Shown here: one piece after another, positions 25,534 through 38,914 of the stretch
How the letters are laid out: each line of letters opens with the position of its first letter
Numbering within the stretch: position 1 is the stretch's first letter
Assembly (NCBI GenBank): GCA_951406725.2
Contig: OX597821.1
Coordinates: forward strand, 72,726,001-72,790,000
DNA from: Octopus vulgaris
Taxonomy: Eukaryota
Reading direction: 5' to 3'
DNA length: 64,000 bases
Notes under the pieces: generated by a model
What the model was told of the DNA's origin: nothing
The model's input: only the letters and a program-made list of their open reading frames with translations
Database searches by the model: none
Program-made: the position numbers and the translations under genes

Positions 25534-26321
25534 TGTAATGATGAATTTGACTCCTGCTGTGTGTATAATTTTGTAGGGACAGGAGTGTTTCACTAAACTG
25601 ACTTACTCTAGATATACCACATGAAAGCAGTGTTAAGTGATGCCATTTATGACTCATAGCTCTGAGACTACTTAAGTTTAAGCACCATGGAATGGTGGTC
25701 AGCTTCTGGTGAGACAAGCAGATAGCGAAAATTGTTTTGCAGTTGAACCATTCCACTTATCTTTTATGGTTGTGATTTATGATTACAGCCAATAAACTTG
25801 GCATTTGAGGAACCAAAGCCAGGAGCTGACTTGATCTGGCTCAAAGCTAAAGTGTTTGGGAGTGGCAGAATAAAATATTAAGGACTACAGGACATTTTCA
25901 GTACCTATTAAATACTTAGTAGAGAGAGGAGGGGAGAGGGGGAGAGAGAGAGAGAAAGAGATACAGAATTAGAATGAACAAAACACAATTCTCAAACAAG
26001 TATAAAGCTGTTGAGTTCTTTAATTTTATTAATTATCATCTATTTATTCTACTGTTAACATAAAAAAAAAAAGGAAATATACATTGTTAACTGACCCACA
26101 CCCAAAATTGGTTAATTGAGGATTTGTCATATAAAGAAAAACAAAAAAATACAATTATTTCATAGGTCTTATATTTCACAAGGTTTGAGAATGCCAACAT
26201 CTACATTTGCAGATATTTACATATCAGTGAAATATGCAGCAGAGAAGTCGTTATGTATAATTAAAGATGGATGGATAAACAGAATTGCGGAAGGATTTTT
26301 ATAAAAATTACGAGGCCAGAA

Positions 26322-26361
<40 letters not shown>

Positions 26362-26519
26362 GAATTCACCCTCATCATCAATTACCATTTAACATGTTTT
26401 CCATGTTGCCATGGTTGGATGGTTTGACAAGAGTTGGCAAGAACAGGGGCCACATCAGGTTCTATAGTTTGGTTCGACATGGTTTTCACAGCTTGTACAC
26501 ACATCGTCATCATCATCAT

Positions 26520-27410
26520 CATCATTTACCATCTGTTTTTCTTCGCTTGTACTTTTGGATAGATCTCTCCCGACATGTCGTTATACTATTTGTGTTTCTT
26601 TATCACCTTCATGAGATTCAACATCTGCCCACATCTTCTTCCGCCGGGTTCCTTCATTATGAATCTCCTGGCACTCTGTCAATTCACTTGTCATCATCCA
26701 TACACATCATATGTCTGCACCAACACAGTAACGATTTCTCTTTCACAACATCCACCATTCCACACTTGCTTCATTTTTTTTTCCAGCCTCCACTGACCAG
26801 ACCTCATTACCATGCAGCATTGCAGTTCATACAATCTACTCTTTGTCTGAAGAAATACTCTCTTTGTTGGTAACAGCTCCTTTAACTTCTTCCACCCTAA
26901 CTCTTATTCTGGCTACTATGCTTTCAGAGTACCCACCTCTGCTGCTTATTAGGTTGCCTAGGTAACAGAAATTATCAACTACTTCTACAGAGTCTTCTAA
27001 GCATTCACCTTATATACATTTGACAGATATTTGTCCTCATCTTGTTTGTTAACACATTTCGGCTGATATACTCTCCAGCCTTCATCAGGTGTCTTGGGGA
27101 AATATCGAACCTGGGTTCTCATTCCTAAGGAAATTTCCCCAAGACACCTGATGAAGGCTGGAGAGTATCTCAGCTGAAATGTGTTAACAACAAACAAGAT
27201 GAGGACAAATATCCGTCAAATGTAAATAATTCCTCATCTCTTAAATATAGAACTGTACTTTTACGCAGTATAAAGAATTTATTTGACTGGAGCTCCGACA
27301 GTTATTCTTGTGCACCTACCCTGAAGTCTTCATTCATTATACCTCTGAGGTTTGGTGCACCTTTTGTGACCCCACAGATCATATATAAATTTTTATCTAC
27401 TCCTTTTCTG
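26520..27410 (-). pseudogene. RTE-clade LINE reverse-transcriptase fragment, degenerate, interrupted by family C
   Basis: Minus strand at ~26870-26997 reads EDSVEVVDNFCYLGNLISSRGGYSESIVARIR..WKKLKELLP. A (GAT)n-type tail lies at ~26507-26525. Confidence 0.75.
27013..27257. mobile_element. Family C inverted pair (headless) with two hammerhead motifs at 27051-27093 (-) and 27143-27186 (+)
   Basis: The arms are reverse complements joined at ~27130. Each contains gacac-CUGAUGA-aggcug...cagc(c/u)-GAAA-uguguu. Confidence 0.8.
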
Positions 27411-27423
27411 CATACTGAATGTG

Positions 27424-27465
<42 letters not shown>

Positions 27466-27485
27466 CTTGCCAGATACTGAATGTG

Positions 27486-27527
<42 letters not shown>

Positions 27528-27652
27528 CTTGCCAGATCAGATTGGAGCATGGTATAGCTTTCTGGCTTGCCAGTCCTTAGTCAAACTGTAAAACCCCTGC
27601 CAGCATGGAAAGTGGATGGTAAACAATGGCAATGATGATTGATATATATATA

Positions 27653-27695
<43 letters not shown>

Positions 27696-27849
27696 TTCAT
27701 CAAGTCAGAAGATAGAAAGTAATTAAATGACATATACTTGACTTGATTTCATATTTAGCTGGAACAAATGCGTGTGTGTGTGGGTTGTAAATGTTGTTAC
27801 TATGTGTATACAGCCATAGACTTGTGACAAATGATTCTGAGTGAATGTA

Positions 27850-27900
<51 letters not shown>

Positions 27901-28251
27901 ATGTTTGCCACTGAAGTGTCCGTGTGTGAATGACATTTATTTATGCATGTCATCATGGTTGTTGAAAAAGTAACTTTGTTGATGAGTCAGAATTCTTTTT
28001 TAAAAAAAACCACACAGAAAATTTGGTGACTTGTTGTTGCTTACTGTTCCATAAACAGTGAGAAATGAAGAAAAAAAATGTCTTAAAACAGTTTTTGCTC
28101 TTTTTTTTTGTTTTGTTTTGTATCATTTATTTTATGTCCCTTTTTTTTCTTCTTGTGTTTGCATAGGTCTCAAATCATCAAGCCTCCTTTGTCATCTGGT
28201 GCATACAACAAAGAAAATTGCTGTTTTCATTTGGCATAGCTAGATGTCCCT

Positions 28252-28303
<52 letters not shown>

Positions 28304-28497
28304 ACCATTCGATTCCTTCTTTTATATTTCTTTGATCCAATTAATAGAAAACTTGAGTCAAAACAACTGTAAACTGTGTACAAGTTGATAAAAGAACGTC
28401 CGCATGGTTCCTTAATCTGCTAGAAACAGCAGTTAAAACATCCTAAAATTACACCCTACTATCTTAAAAAGGGAAGGACACATTTGACAATGTACCC

Positions 28498-28680
28498 ATC
28501 ATCATTTAGCATCCATTTTCCATGCTAGCATGGGCGAGACAGTTTGATGAGGGCCAGTAAGTTGGAGAGCTGAACTAGGCTCCAGTCTGTTTTGGCTTGG
28601 TTTCTATAGCTGGATGCCCTTCCTAATGCCAACCACTCCACAGAGTATACTAGGTGCCTTTTACATGTCACTGGCACATA
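28498..28680 (-). mobile_element. Family D fragment
   Basis: catcatcatttagcatccattttccatgctagcatggg...tatagctggatgcccttcctaatgccaaccactcc. Confidence 0.75.
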
Positions 28681-29832
28681 GCCTTTGGAGAGAAAAAGAA
28701 AAAAAGAAGCTGAATGGTTACAAGTGGAATGGTTTTAACCACAAGTCTTTTTGATGAAGGCGGACTTGCAATTAAACAGCAACAGTGAATGTGTATTGTG
28801 TGCATTTATTCCTGTGGAATGAAGGTAATTGCTTCATACCTAGGGACATTTAAGCAGGCAAACTGACAGACAGATAAGAGGGTATCAGTTTTTCATTAGG
28901 TTGAAAACAAGACAAGGAGAGTATGGGTGCACAGAGTAGTTTATTGAGAGAGAGAGAGAGGTGATGTACGTGGGTATGTGTTTATTTCCAGTGTTTGTGG
29001 TATGGAACTAATGATAGCAAAATCCATCCAAGTAATTTCCTCTTCAAAGATAATGAAACTATTTTCTAGCTCAATAAAACAAAATTATCTGATATGACAA
29101 TAAATAAACAAACAAACAAATCACGAAAATGGATAGAAAATTGAGAAGTTGATAGTCAAATAACAAATACTGGCATATATTTATTTGTGATATCTTATCT
29201 ACAGTCCACCTGCATCGCAATGCACACAACTACAACGTGGAAGAAACTAGTATTGTATTGGCTTTTGTAGCCATGTGTGTGTGTGTGTGTGCTTGTGTGT
29301 GTAGACATGGCCAAATGTTCAAGAATTGGGCTTTGTAATCAAGAGGCTTCAAATTTCATAAAAACAGCATGATACACTGGGCAAGCATGTGACAAAAATA
29401 GGCTTGCGTCAATGAAAGTCTTGTATATGAAACTGGATACATGGAAACCATGCGTGACGGACTTTTCTTAAATTTCAAAAGGTCAGCTTTGACATGCATA
29501 GTGTAAGAATACAAAGTGTCTGTGAAATATTTGGTCACTTTCAGAATTATTCAATGACAAGATGGACTCCCTTGACCAAACAACTAAAGCTTTCATTATA
29601 CAAACTCACAGAGGGTTCACTTAAAATTTACAATACATCGAGCAGGTTGTTAACTGAAGGCACAGCTCTTTTTTGCTTTGTGTGTGTGTGTGTGTGTGTT
29701 CAGGAAATAAAGAAAAATTCTGATTTTCTCCTATAAGGCTTAAGCTTCAATAATAAGAAGGCTCACAAGTGAATCCAATGACTCAATCTTCAGCAATGAA
29801 ATAAAACTGATAACTATAATGGTATTCATAAT

Positions 29833-30234
29833 GGTTTCAAATTTTGCCACAAGGGCAGCCAATTTGGAGGAGAGGACTAGTCAATTACATTGACCCCCAG
29901 GTGTTTCACAGGTATTTAATTTATTGACCCCCCAAAAGGATGAAAGGCAAAGTCAACCTCAGCGGAATTTGAACTCAGAACTTGAAGACAGATGAAATAC
30001 CTATTTCTTTACTACCCACAAGGGGCTAAACACAGAGAGCACAAACAAGGACAGACAAATGGATTAAGTCGATTATATCGACCCCAGTGCATAACTGGTA
30101 CTTATTTAATCGACCCAGAAAGGAAGAAAGGCAAAGTCGACCTCGGCAGAATTTGAACTCAGAACGTAGCGGTAGACGAAATACTGCTAAGTATTTCGCC
30201 CGGCGTACTAACGTTTCTGCCAGCTTGCCGCCTT
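29833..30234 (-). mobile_element. SINE family B dimer (head-body-tail1-body-tail2) with an 18-bp TSD
   Basis: TSD tataatggtattcataat at 29815-29832 and 30237-30254 encloses both units. Confidence 0.9.
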
Positions 30235-30582
30235 AATATAATGGTATTCATAATAATAAATGGTAAATGTCTCTAAGTATATTAAGCTATTGCAGACTGG
30301 CAGATTCAGTGATGGTTGTTACTTTTAACTGCACATTAACTCTAACAGTGGATGATCAAAAGTGTTCCAGCCATATCCAACTGTTTATTTGGACATTGTA
30401 CCCATCAAAATTACATTATCCAGTGTATGAGATAAGGGAGATTTAGCTGCTATTACTTCCGGATTGAGCATCTGAGTAGAAACACCTTAACCAAAATTAC
30501 AATTTAATAATGTTAAGTAAATCTAAGATGAATATTTTGGTTAAAATAAATTTTTATAGGTAAAGTTTCTTTTTTGTTAACA

Positions 30583-30980
30583 GGCGTGGCTATGTAGTAA
30601 GAAAATTGCTTGCCGACCACATAGTTTCAGGTTCAGTCCCACTGTGTGACACCTTGAGCAAGTGCCTTCTACTATAGCTCCAGGCTGACCAAAGTCTTGT
30701 GAGTGGGTTTAGTTGATGGAAACAAAGGTCCATTGTGTGGATGTGGATATGGAGACACACACTCACACACACCTATGTGTGTGAGTGTGTGCCTGTTCTT
30801 GCTCCCCACCACTGCTTGACAACTAGTGTTGGTGTATATATAGCCCTGTGACTTAAAGGTTCAGCAAAAGAGACTGATAGTACCAGGCTTTAACAAAAAC
30901 TAAATAACAAGCACTGGAGTTGATTTGTTTGACTAAAATTCTTCAAGTATGGCTGCAGTCTAACGAATGAAACAAGTGAA
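30583..30980 (+). mobile_element. SINE family A, diverged
   Basis: ggcgtggctatgtagtaag...ggttcagtcccactgtgtgacaccttgagcaagtg...gaatgaaacaagtgaaa. Confidence 0.8.
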
Positions 30981-31207
30981 ACTGAGCCAATACAGAAGTA
31001 CACTTGTAGTGTATTAGGCTTTTACACACATGCACACATGCATGCACACACACACACACACGAGATGGTGCATACTTTCCACTTACAATGGTTTCATAAT
31101 TCAAAACTAAATTGTTGTCACTTCATGGAAATTAATAAATGATATTCCATGAAAAAAAAAAAATTCCTAAACCAAGTCTTCAACAATATGGTGGACATAA
31201 TCCAAGA

Positions 31208-31880
31208 AGTTGACTTTGCCTTTCATCCTTTCGGTGTTGATAAATTAAGTACCAGTTGCATTCTGGGGTTGATTTAATCAACTGGACCCTCATCGACCCT
31301 GAAAGAATGTGAGGTAAAGTAAACCTCAGTGGAATTTGAATGTCAACCTCAGTGGAATCAGAATGTAAAGACAGGTGAAATACCACTAGGTGTTTCGTTC
31401 AGTATATTAATGATCCTGCCAGCTTCAGTAATAATAATAATAATAATGGTTTCAAATTTTGCCACAAGGGCAGTTTGGGGAAGGGGGACTAGTCGATTAT
31501 ATCGACCCCACTGTTAAACTGGTACTTAATTTATCGACCCCAAAAGGATGGAAGGCAAAGTCAACCTCAGCAGAATTTGAACTCAGAACGTAGCAACGGG
31601 CAAAATACTGCTAAGCATTTTGTCCAGTGTGCTAACGATTCTGCCAGCTTGCCGCCTTCAGTAATAATAATAATAATAATAATCTTTTCTAATCTAGGCA
31701 CAAGGGCCGAAATTTTGAGGGAGGGGGGGGTCAGTCAATTAGATCGACCCCAGCACACAACTGGTACTTAATTTCTTGTTCTTAAAAGGATGAAAGACAA
31801 AGTCGACCTTGGAGGAATTTGAACTCAGAACGTAGCGGCAGACGAAATACCATTAAGCATTTCACCTGACATGCTAATAA
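31208..31880 (-). mobile_element. SINE family B cluster: one + fragment, then three tandem - copies separated by cttcagt(aat)n
   Basis: Units at ~31291-31425, 31447-31658 and 31685-31876. Confidence 0.8.
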
Positions 31881-31965
31881 CATAACTCATTTTCTCTTTC
31901 AGCCTATGTTACAGACTGATCATCCGAATCATTGTGAGAGAGGGGGGAGGTGGAGTACAATGAAA

Positions 31966-32006
<41 letters not shown>

Positions 32007-32221
32007 CATATATTATATATACATATGTATACACACACATACATATATATATATACACACACATATATATATATATATTAGAAGGTTTGGAGTTCAATTT
32101 GATAACTCCACTAGAATGGACGAAAGCACTAATATATGATATATGATGTATAAAAACATGTAATATACAAATATCTGTAAATATAAAACCATCCGAATTT
32201 CTGAGTACCTCATTTCTTCTA

Positions 32222-32266
<45 letters not shown>

Positions 32267-32818
32267 TATATATATATGAGAGATTGGGAGAGAGACGGAA
32301 CTGCTTGATCACAAGCTTCCACTGCTTGTAATTATTTATGCCTATGTCTATGTGTTCTGGATAGCTTGTTCACATATATTCTAATTGTTGGTTCAGTAGA
32401 GATTTTAGATGACTTCCTGAAAATAGGGTAAGATCTTGGTCCTTACCACCACCACCACCTCCTCCTTCTCGTTTCATTTTTTTTATTATTTCTACAGATG
32501 TTTGCATCTTTTCAGTCTTCACACATCATCAGCAGAGACAGGAAAAACTTTTCTTACACAAGCCACAAGCCAAGCATGGAGTCTAGACCCAGCACGTGAT
32601 AATATTTCTAGATTTCTCTTTTATCAACATGATAATGTAATTTAGCAGGAGTGCTATAAACACTTAGGTCATACACGTTACTACAAAGGACCTCATAGTC
32701 ATGCAGTGTTATTAGGGCATATCACTTCCAGAGAGGCCATCTTCTCTAAGAAATTCTCAGAGGACAGAAAGCTAACAAAACTCTAGTCCATTATACGGTG
32801 GTAATACTATAAAAAGTA

Positions 32819-33037
32819 AGGCGGCGAGCTGGCAGAAATGTTAGCTTGCCAGGCGAAATGTCTAGCGACATTTCGTCTGCCGTTACGCTCTGAGTTCAAA
32901 TTCCGCCAAGGTCAACTTTGCCTTTCATCCTTTCAGGGTCAATTAAATAAGTACCAGTTACGCACTGGGGTCGATATAATCGGCTTAATCCGTTTGTCCC
33001 TTCTGTGTTTAGCCCCTTGTGGGTAGTAAAGAAATAG
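32819..33037 (+). mobile_element. SINE family B (tail1) with TSD gtaatactataaaa
   Basis: ggcggcgagctggcagaaatgttagc...gtagtaaagaaatag. Confidence 0.9.
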
Positions 33038-33426
33038 GTAATACTATAAAAATGAACCAACAAGAGAGCTTCTACACAGGTACTTAACCTGATAAAAACA
33101 ATACCCAAATCTCCCTCAAACTACACCATCTGAGAAAAGAAGTTCACACTGGAAAATATAGACTTAGATGTTTGAAAAGATAAAATGGTCAAGATCTGGG
33201 TTAAACAACAACAGGACTGGTGCAAGTTACAGTTGCAAGTCAACCCCACTCAGAACTAGTTTATTTAGAGGGAAGTGGACAGGGGCCATTTGAAAATTGT
33301 GTTCTGGCTACAGATACATTCATGGTGGGAGAAGAATAAGAGCCAACCTCTCAATTCATCAACTCAGAATATAACTTATAAGATTCCCAAATGGAAAGTC
33401 ATGCCAGCATGGAAAATGGACATTAA

Positions 33427-33445
33427 ATGGTGATGATGGTAGTGG

Positions 33446-33498
<53 letters not shown>

Positions 33499-33580
33499 GT
33501 GGTGATGATGATGATGACAGTGGTGATGGTGATGATGATGGTGGTGATAATGGCGGTGGTGGTGATGATAATGGTGATGA
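33427..33580 (+). repeat. (ATG/GTG)n microsatellite expanded from a family D/RTE tail
   Basis: Follows catgccagcatggaaaatggacattaa. Confidence 0.9.
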
Positions 33581-33644
33581 TCTTGCTGATTCTTTCTAAT
33601 AAACCCTTGAAAACTATCTCCCTAGCAATGTCCCACTACATATA

Positions 33645-34389
33645 GGTGTAGGCATGGATGTGCAGGAAGAAGTTTGCTTCCCAACCACATGGTTCTGGGT
33701 TCAGTCCCACTGCGTGGCACCTTGACCAAGTGTCTTCCGCTGTAGCTTTAGGCTGACCAAAGCCTTGTGAGTGGATTTGGTAGATGGAAACTGAAAGAAG
33801 CCCATCATATAGGTTGTGAGTGTGTGTTTGTCCTCCACCCCTGCTTGACAACCAGTGTTGGTGTGTTTACATCCATGTAACTTAGCAGATCAGTAAAAGA
33901 GACTGATAGAATAAGTACCACGCTTTACCAAAACAGTAAGACATGCTCAGGTCAATTCATTAGACTAAAATTGTTCAAGGTGGTGCCCCAGCATGGCCGC
34001 AGTCTAATGACTGAAACAAGTAAAAGATACAAGATAAAATATATTCTTTTACTTGTTTCAGACATTTGACTGTGGCCATGCTGGAGTACCACCTTTAGTC
34101 AAACAAATCAACCCCCAGAACTTATTTGTAAGCCTAGTACTTATTTTATTGTTCTCATTTGCCTAACCGTTAAGTCATGGGGATGTAAACGCACCAACAT
34201 CGGTGTCAAGCGAAGGTGGGGGGGACAAACATAGACAAATGCATACATACATATGATGGGCTTCTTTCAGTTTCCGTCTACCGAATCCACTCACAAGGCT
34301 TTGGTTGGCCTGAGGTGTCACACAGTGGGACTGAACCAGGAGCTATATAGTCACGAAGCAAGCTTCTTACCACACAGCTACTCATGTGC

Positions 34390-34390
<1 letters not shown>
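33645..34390. mobile_element. Tail-to-tail pair of family A SINEs (+ 33645-34040; - 34044-34390)
   Basis: gactgaaacaagtaaaaga is followed ~25 bp later by tcttttacttgtttcag. Confidence 0.85.
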
Positions 34391-34425
<35 letters not shown>

Positions 34426-36379
34426 TTCTGCTTGTTATTATGCTGACCTTGACCTTAATATTCTTAATCTGAATTTAATGAAGCATCTTGATATCCTGGA
34501 TTTATTAAAAGTCAAGTTATTCCTGTAATGTCAGTCAGCCCAACGTAAAATATTCCCCATACCTAACTTAATTATGTTTTAATGTTGGGAAAAATGACAA
34601 ACAATAGAAAAAAAATAATATTCATGTTGCTTCTGGTACAATGTAAATCAAAGCAGGGAATTCAAACGTGTTTCGTGTCCACACCTGCTTTTCACATGGT
34701 TTTAATATATATGTCCAATGAATTATTTGATGCTTTCGTATTCATATCTACACCACCAATTAGTTACATCGTCAGTCTTCTTTAACACCCGCAGAGCCCA
34801 GACAAAACTGGCTCTGGTAGACTTTTCTCTTGTTGTCAACCTTCACTTGTTTTTCAGAAAATATTTCCCTTAATTCTTCAAATAATAAACAGTTCAATGA
34901 CTGGACATGCTTTTTCAAATGATTATAAAAAAAGTAACATTTTTGTTTACAATTAATGCACTCAGATCAGGACTAAGAGAACACACCAACAAATATATCT
35001 ATATATACATAGATACATATAAAAACATGTGCTTCATCTACTATGTACCAAATTTTATTTACAAGAAATTGGTCAACCCGTTGTTAAATCAGAAGACAAG
35101 CCAACAATGTCCATGCCGTGGGAAGGAACCTTAAACTGTTTTAGAAACAAACTTCTTAACCACAGCCAGTAAATATCAGTCATTAAGAGATTCTAAATAA
35201 TTGGTTGTCCAGTTCCAGCATGGGCAAGCACTTATTTGTTAGCATGTCCAATGGACAGAGTACATATTGATGGGGCTTGATTGTTTGTTTTTAAGATGGC
35301 CACTCATAGAAGATTCCAAACAAACAAATTCTTTACTCAGCTGTTTTTGTCAAAACAAAATATATATTTGTGTTCTTATCTCGCATTCTTTATTCTTTGA
35401 CGATCGTCTCACTCGAAGATCAAATCTGCTTATCTCAGGTCTAGTTAGGTCACAGGAATTCATTCAATGAAAAAAAAAGTCCAATGATTCCGGGACGGAG
35501 GGGTCCCCCCTCGCCCGCCCTCCTTTTTTCCGAACCAAAATAAGGGATACGCAGCATATTAGGAGGTCGGGGTAATTGTTTACACGCAAAAAATCCGAGT
35601 TTTTTTTCTAAGTGAAAATCGTGCGGGTTGTACACAAAAAATTTACCAAAAAGAACTTAAAATGGGGTTTATTATTCGTTCAATAAACCCTTCAAGGCGT
35701 TGCCCCAGCATTGCCGCAGTCCAATGACTGAAGCAAGATAAAAACAATTTAATCCATTGACGTGCATTAAGAACAACCGTATTCCCATAATCTCCATTTT
35801 CTTCTCGACCTGTGACCTTTCCCATCAGAGAGAAAACAATTGCTTCGCTTGCATAATGTCTCCTCCCTTTTGAAAGAGAAGTTCAAAAACAAAAACTTGT
35901 CAATGACTACATATTATTATTCTTTCGCTTGTACTTCCGGACAATGACTGAATTAGTAAATGACAAATGCTTCTCTTCTTAGTAATGAATTAAAATACTT
36001 TATACAATATTATTAGCTTGAAGGGACTTTGACCTTATTACTTTGACGCATTACATTTGGTTCACGTCTATTAATGGATGGCGAACGAAGGATACTAAAA
36101 GACTTAAGGGTCTCATTTATCGAATAAATTAAGATTTAGGACTTTTGTCACCAAAGACCCAATACTATTTTCTTTTTAAAGTTTCCTTAACCCTTTACCT
36201 GTGTCCATACATCAATATCTGATGCCAATTGTTTTGGCACAACAAAGTGAGAAGCCATTTCGGCAAAAAAAAAAAAAAAGCGCGAATATTTTCAGACGAA
36301 AAGATGAGTGATTTAAGGGAGATTTGGCTGTTGTTTCTAGCACATTCCACGACCACCTTCCGCGTTTATTTGTCCTCCC

Positions 36380-36690
36380 GGGATCTTTGCGGTTTGAACG
36401 GCAGTTTGTAACATAATTTCTAGGTAACTAAAAAATTTTAAACTTCGTATACTGGTAGAATGTGTTTATAAAACATCATTTTTTCTTGGCTTTATTGAGA
36501 AAATTCTATAGGTTTAACATATTTGGTCTTTAATTTCTTGCATTTCGGCAATTTTAACCAATCGATTACCTCCATTGACGTAAACAACATTCCGTGCTGT
36601 ATGAATATGTCCCTCGTATAAGAAACAGATTGGGTTTATTTACATTTCTGAAGAAAAAAAGATACCCTTCCCCCACCCCTAACATCCAGA
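36380..36690 (+). mobile_element. Partial copy of the GGATC long-TIR foldback element
   Basis: ggatctttgcggtttgaacggcag...aaacttcgtatactggtagaatgtgt matches the arm at 41245. Another internal fragment lies at ~24720-24900. Confidence 0.8.
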
Positions 36691-38914
36691 TCCGAAACTC
36701 CGTGGAAGGGCTAACTAAACGTTTGAAAAAAGCATAGGTGTTTAGCTTATGAAATGGTTTAAACAGGCAAAAGATCAACAAGAAAATACACCAAGACATT
36801 ACTTTCATAATCCATCATTTGGCTATGTGATAACAGCCTTCCACCATTTTAGCTTCTCACCTCTATACCCACACCCTCACTTCCATTTCATCATTGTTCC
36901 AGTTTTTTTGTCACAGACACTTTCGTTTTTAAATAAATCATTAATATATAGTTTTATTTTCAAAACAAGTATTTTGAAGAGTCATTAGCTTGCACTATTG
37001 AACTCTTACAAGCAAGAATGATTTATTTTGAATGAGCAGGGGTGGCGTTAGAAACCCACATGCGTTGTTCAACATGGCTAAAACTATGGTTATTTTAAAC
37101 CTATAGTTACTATATTATTGCAATGGCTTCTTCGCTATCTCTATAACTTTATCAACAGTTTTTAAAAATCCAAATATAACACATTACGTCATAGAATGAG
37201 CTTTAAATGGAGAAGTAATTTTACATAAATGTTATCTAAAAGGTTTCTTAGTCGACCATAGCAAAAAGACCGTTAGTGTGGCTGCTTTTAAAACAGATAC
37301 AAATAACAGCAGGGATCAGAGGGAAAAAGAAGATGGTTTTGAATGGAGTAAAAACAGATGGAGAAGAGAGAGAGAGGAACAGCTGGAAGAAGGAAATGGG
37401 GAAAGAAGATGAGAGGAACTTGTCAGAGACATGAAATGTCGTTAAACAAACAGGATGTTACTGTAATATCGTCAAGTTATGAAACATCCTCTGCTCAAGA
37501 AAAATAAATAACTTAATGATATAAGAAAATATCACTCGCATGTCTCAAATATGGCTGCTCCTTGCCAAGATATAATAAACCTCATTTGAAAGATTTTTTT
37601 CAGATTGTTAATTAAAAGCATTCCAGCTGTGACTGCTCCATCCCGTTTTTATTATTTTTATTTTGGCACAGTATGCCTGGGACTACACTGTCCGATATGT
37701 CTTTTTTATATACTGTAGGGTGTGGTTTAAAGAAGACTTTGTTGCAATATCAAGCGAGTCAAGCGACGTGCAAAGAATTAATTCCCTTGTTACTCAGCCA
37801 TTTTCAGGTATTAGGATGGTTATTGAAAGACGATGAAATTTGTTGAGTTTTTTTCTTTCAATAAAAACAAACATAATTTGTTCATATATATTTTGTTTCC
37901 TATTTCTCTGTCTTCGCGGATACCTAAACAGATGATCGAGATTGATTTGAATAATGCTTTAAAATAAAGCAAGGAACCAGACATCTCTGAATTTAAAATC
38001 AAGCCTGGCTCAGCAGCATCTTTCATTTCTTCAACGTTGACACTTAAACTAATGATACACTGATTTATCAACTCAATCAAACCTGCACACCTCACCTGCA
38101 AAGCAATCTTTTCTATTGTAAACAGTGACTTGAGTCTTGCAATTTAGTCCAGTACCAAGTGAAGAGAAATCAGTTTTCTTTTCGTTCTGGACGTGACATA
38201 GCTTCTGTGACCAAGAAACTTTTTTGCAATTGTAATTGTCTCATCCACTCACCGATGTATGAACATCACAGCAGTCTGTCCCGTCCTCCTATAAATACAT
38301 TTGCTAACCAGTGCCAGAAAATGAAAACAAAATTCGAGTCAATTTCTTCCCCTTAGTAACACCAAAATGTCCAATAATCTCCAACCTTCATTGCACAAAG
38401 CCTGACACTATAGAGTTATTTAATCTGCTAGAAACGGTAACCAAATCTCCTATAAACCACATCTTATCGTTTTAAATAGTAAAGGACACATTCGATAATG
38501 TAATCCTTGGTACATAAAAAACCAATGGCTGGTGACGACTGGCTTTTGATCACAGTCATTGCTCGATCAAGCCTTACTCGGACTTTAAACAACAAGATTT
38601 CTGCACGAAACTTTGGTCTTCTTCGCAGCCGATAACTAATTCCATTCAGTGAACTTTTAATAAAGGTAGAATTTTGTGATTCTAAATGTGAGTCAGAAGT
38701 TATGAAGGAGTTGTTCTTTATTTATATTGCAGGTATAGGAAGTCTTCAAATTTTAAAACGAAACGAAAAGAAATAAAATAAAATAAAATAAACTATTGAC
38801 GTCATTGCATTTAAGAATTTGCCTAGTACTTGTGAGTGCTTATGCCTACAAGTACTTTGCACAGAAATACGTTAAGAAACAGTTTCATTGCTTCTGTATT
38901 ATCATTTAGCATTC

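Noticed and set aside
26271-26873. Longest ORF (200 aa, His-rich)
   Set aside because: It spans (TG)n, (CAT)n tails and the antisense strand of RTE-derived sequence.
33427-33645. Poly-Met ORF
   Set aside because: It is an (ATG)n microsatellite.
37820-38290. Minus-strand ORF and gtgag donor-like sites (also ~53013)
   Set aside because: No consistent reading frame or recognisable peptide, and such sites are expected by chance.
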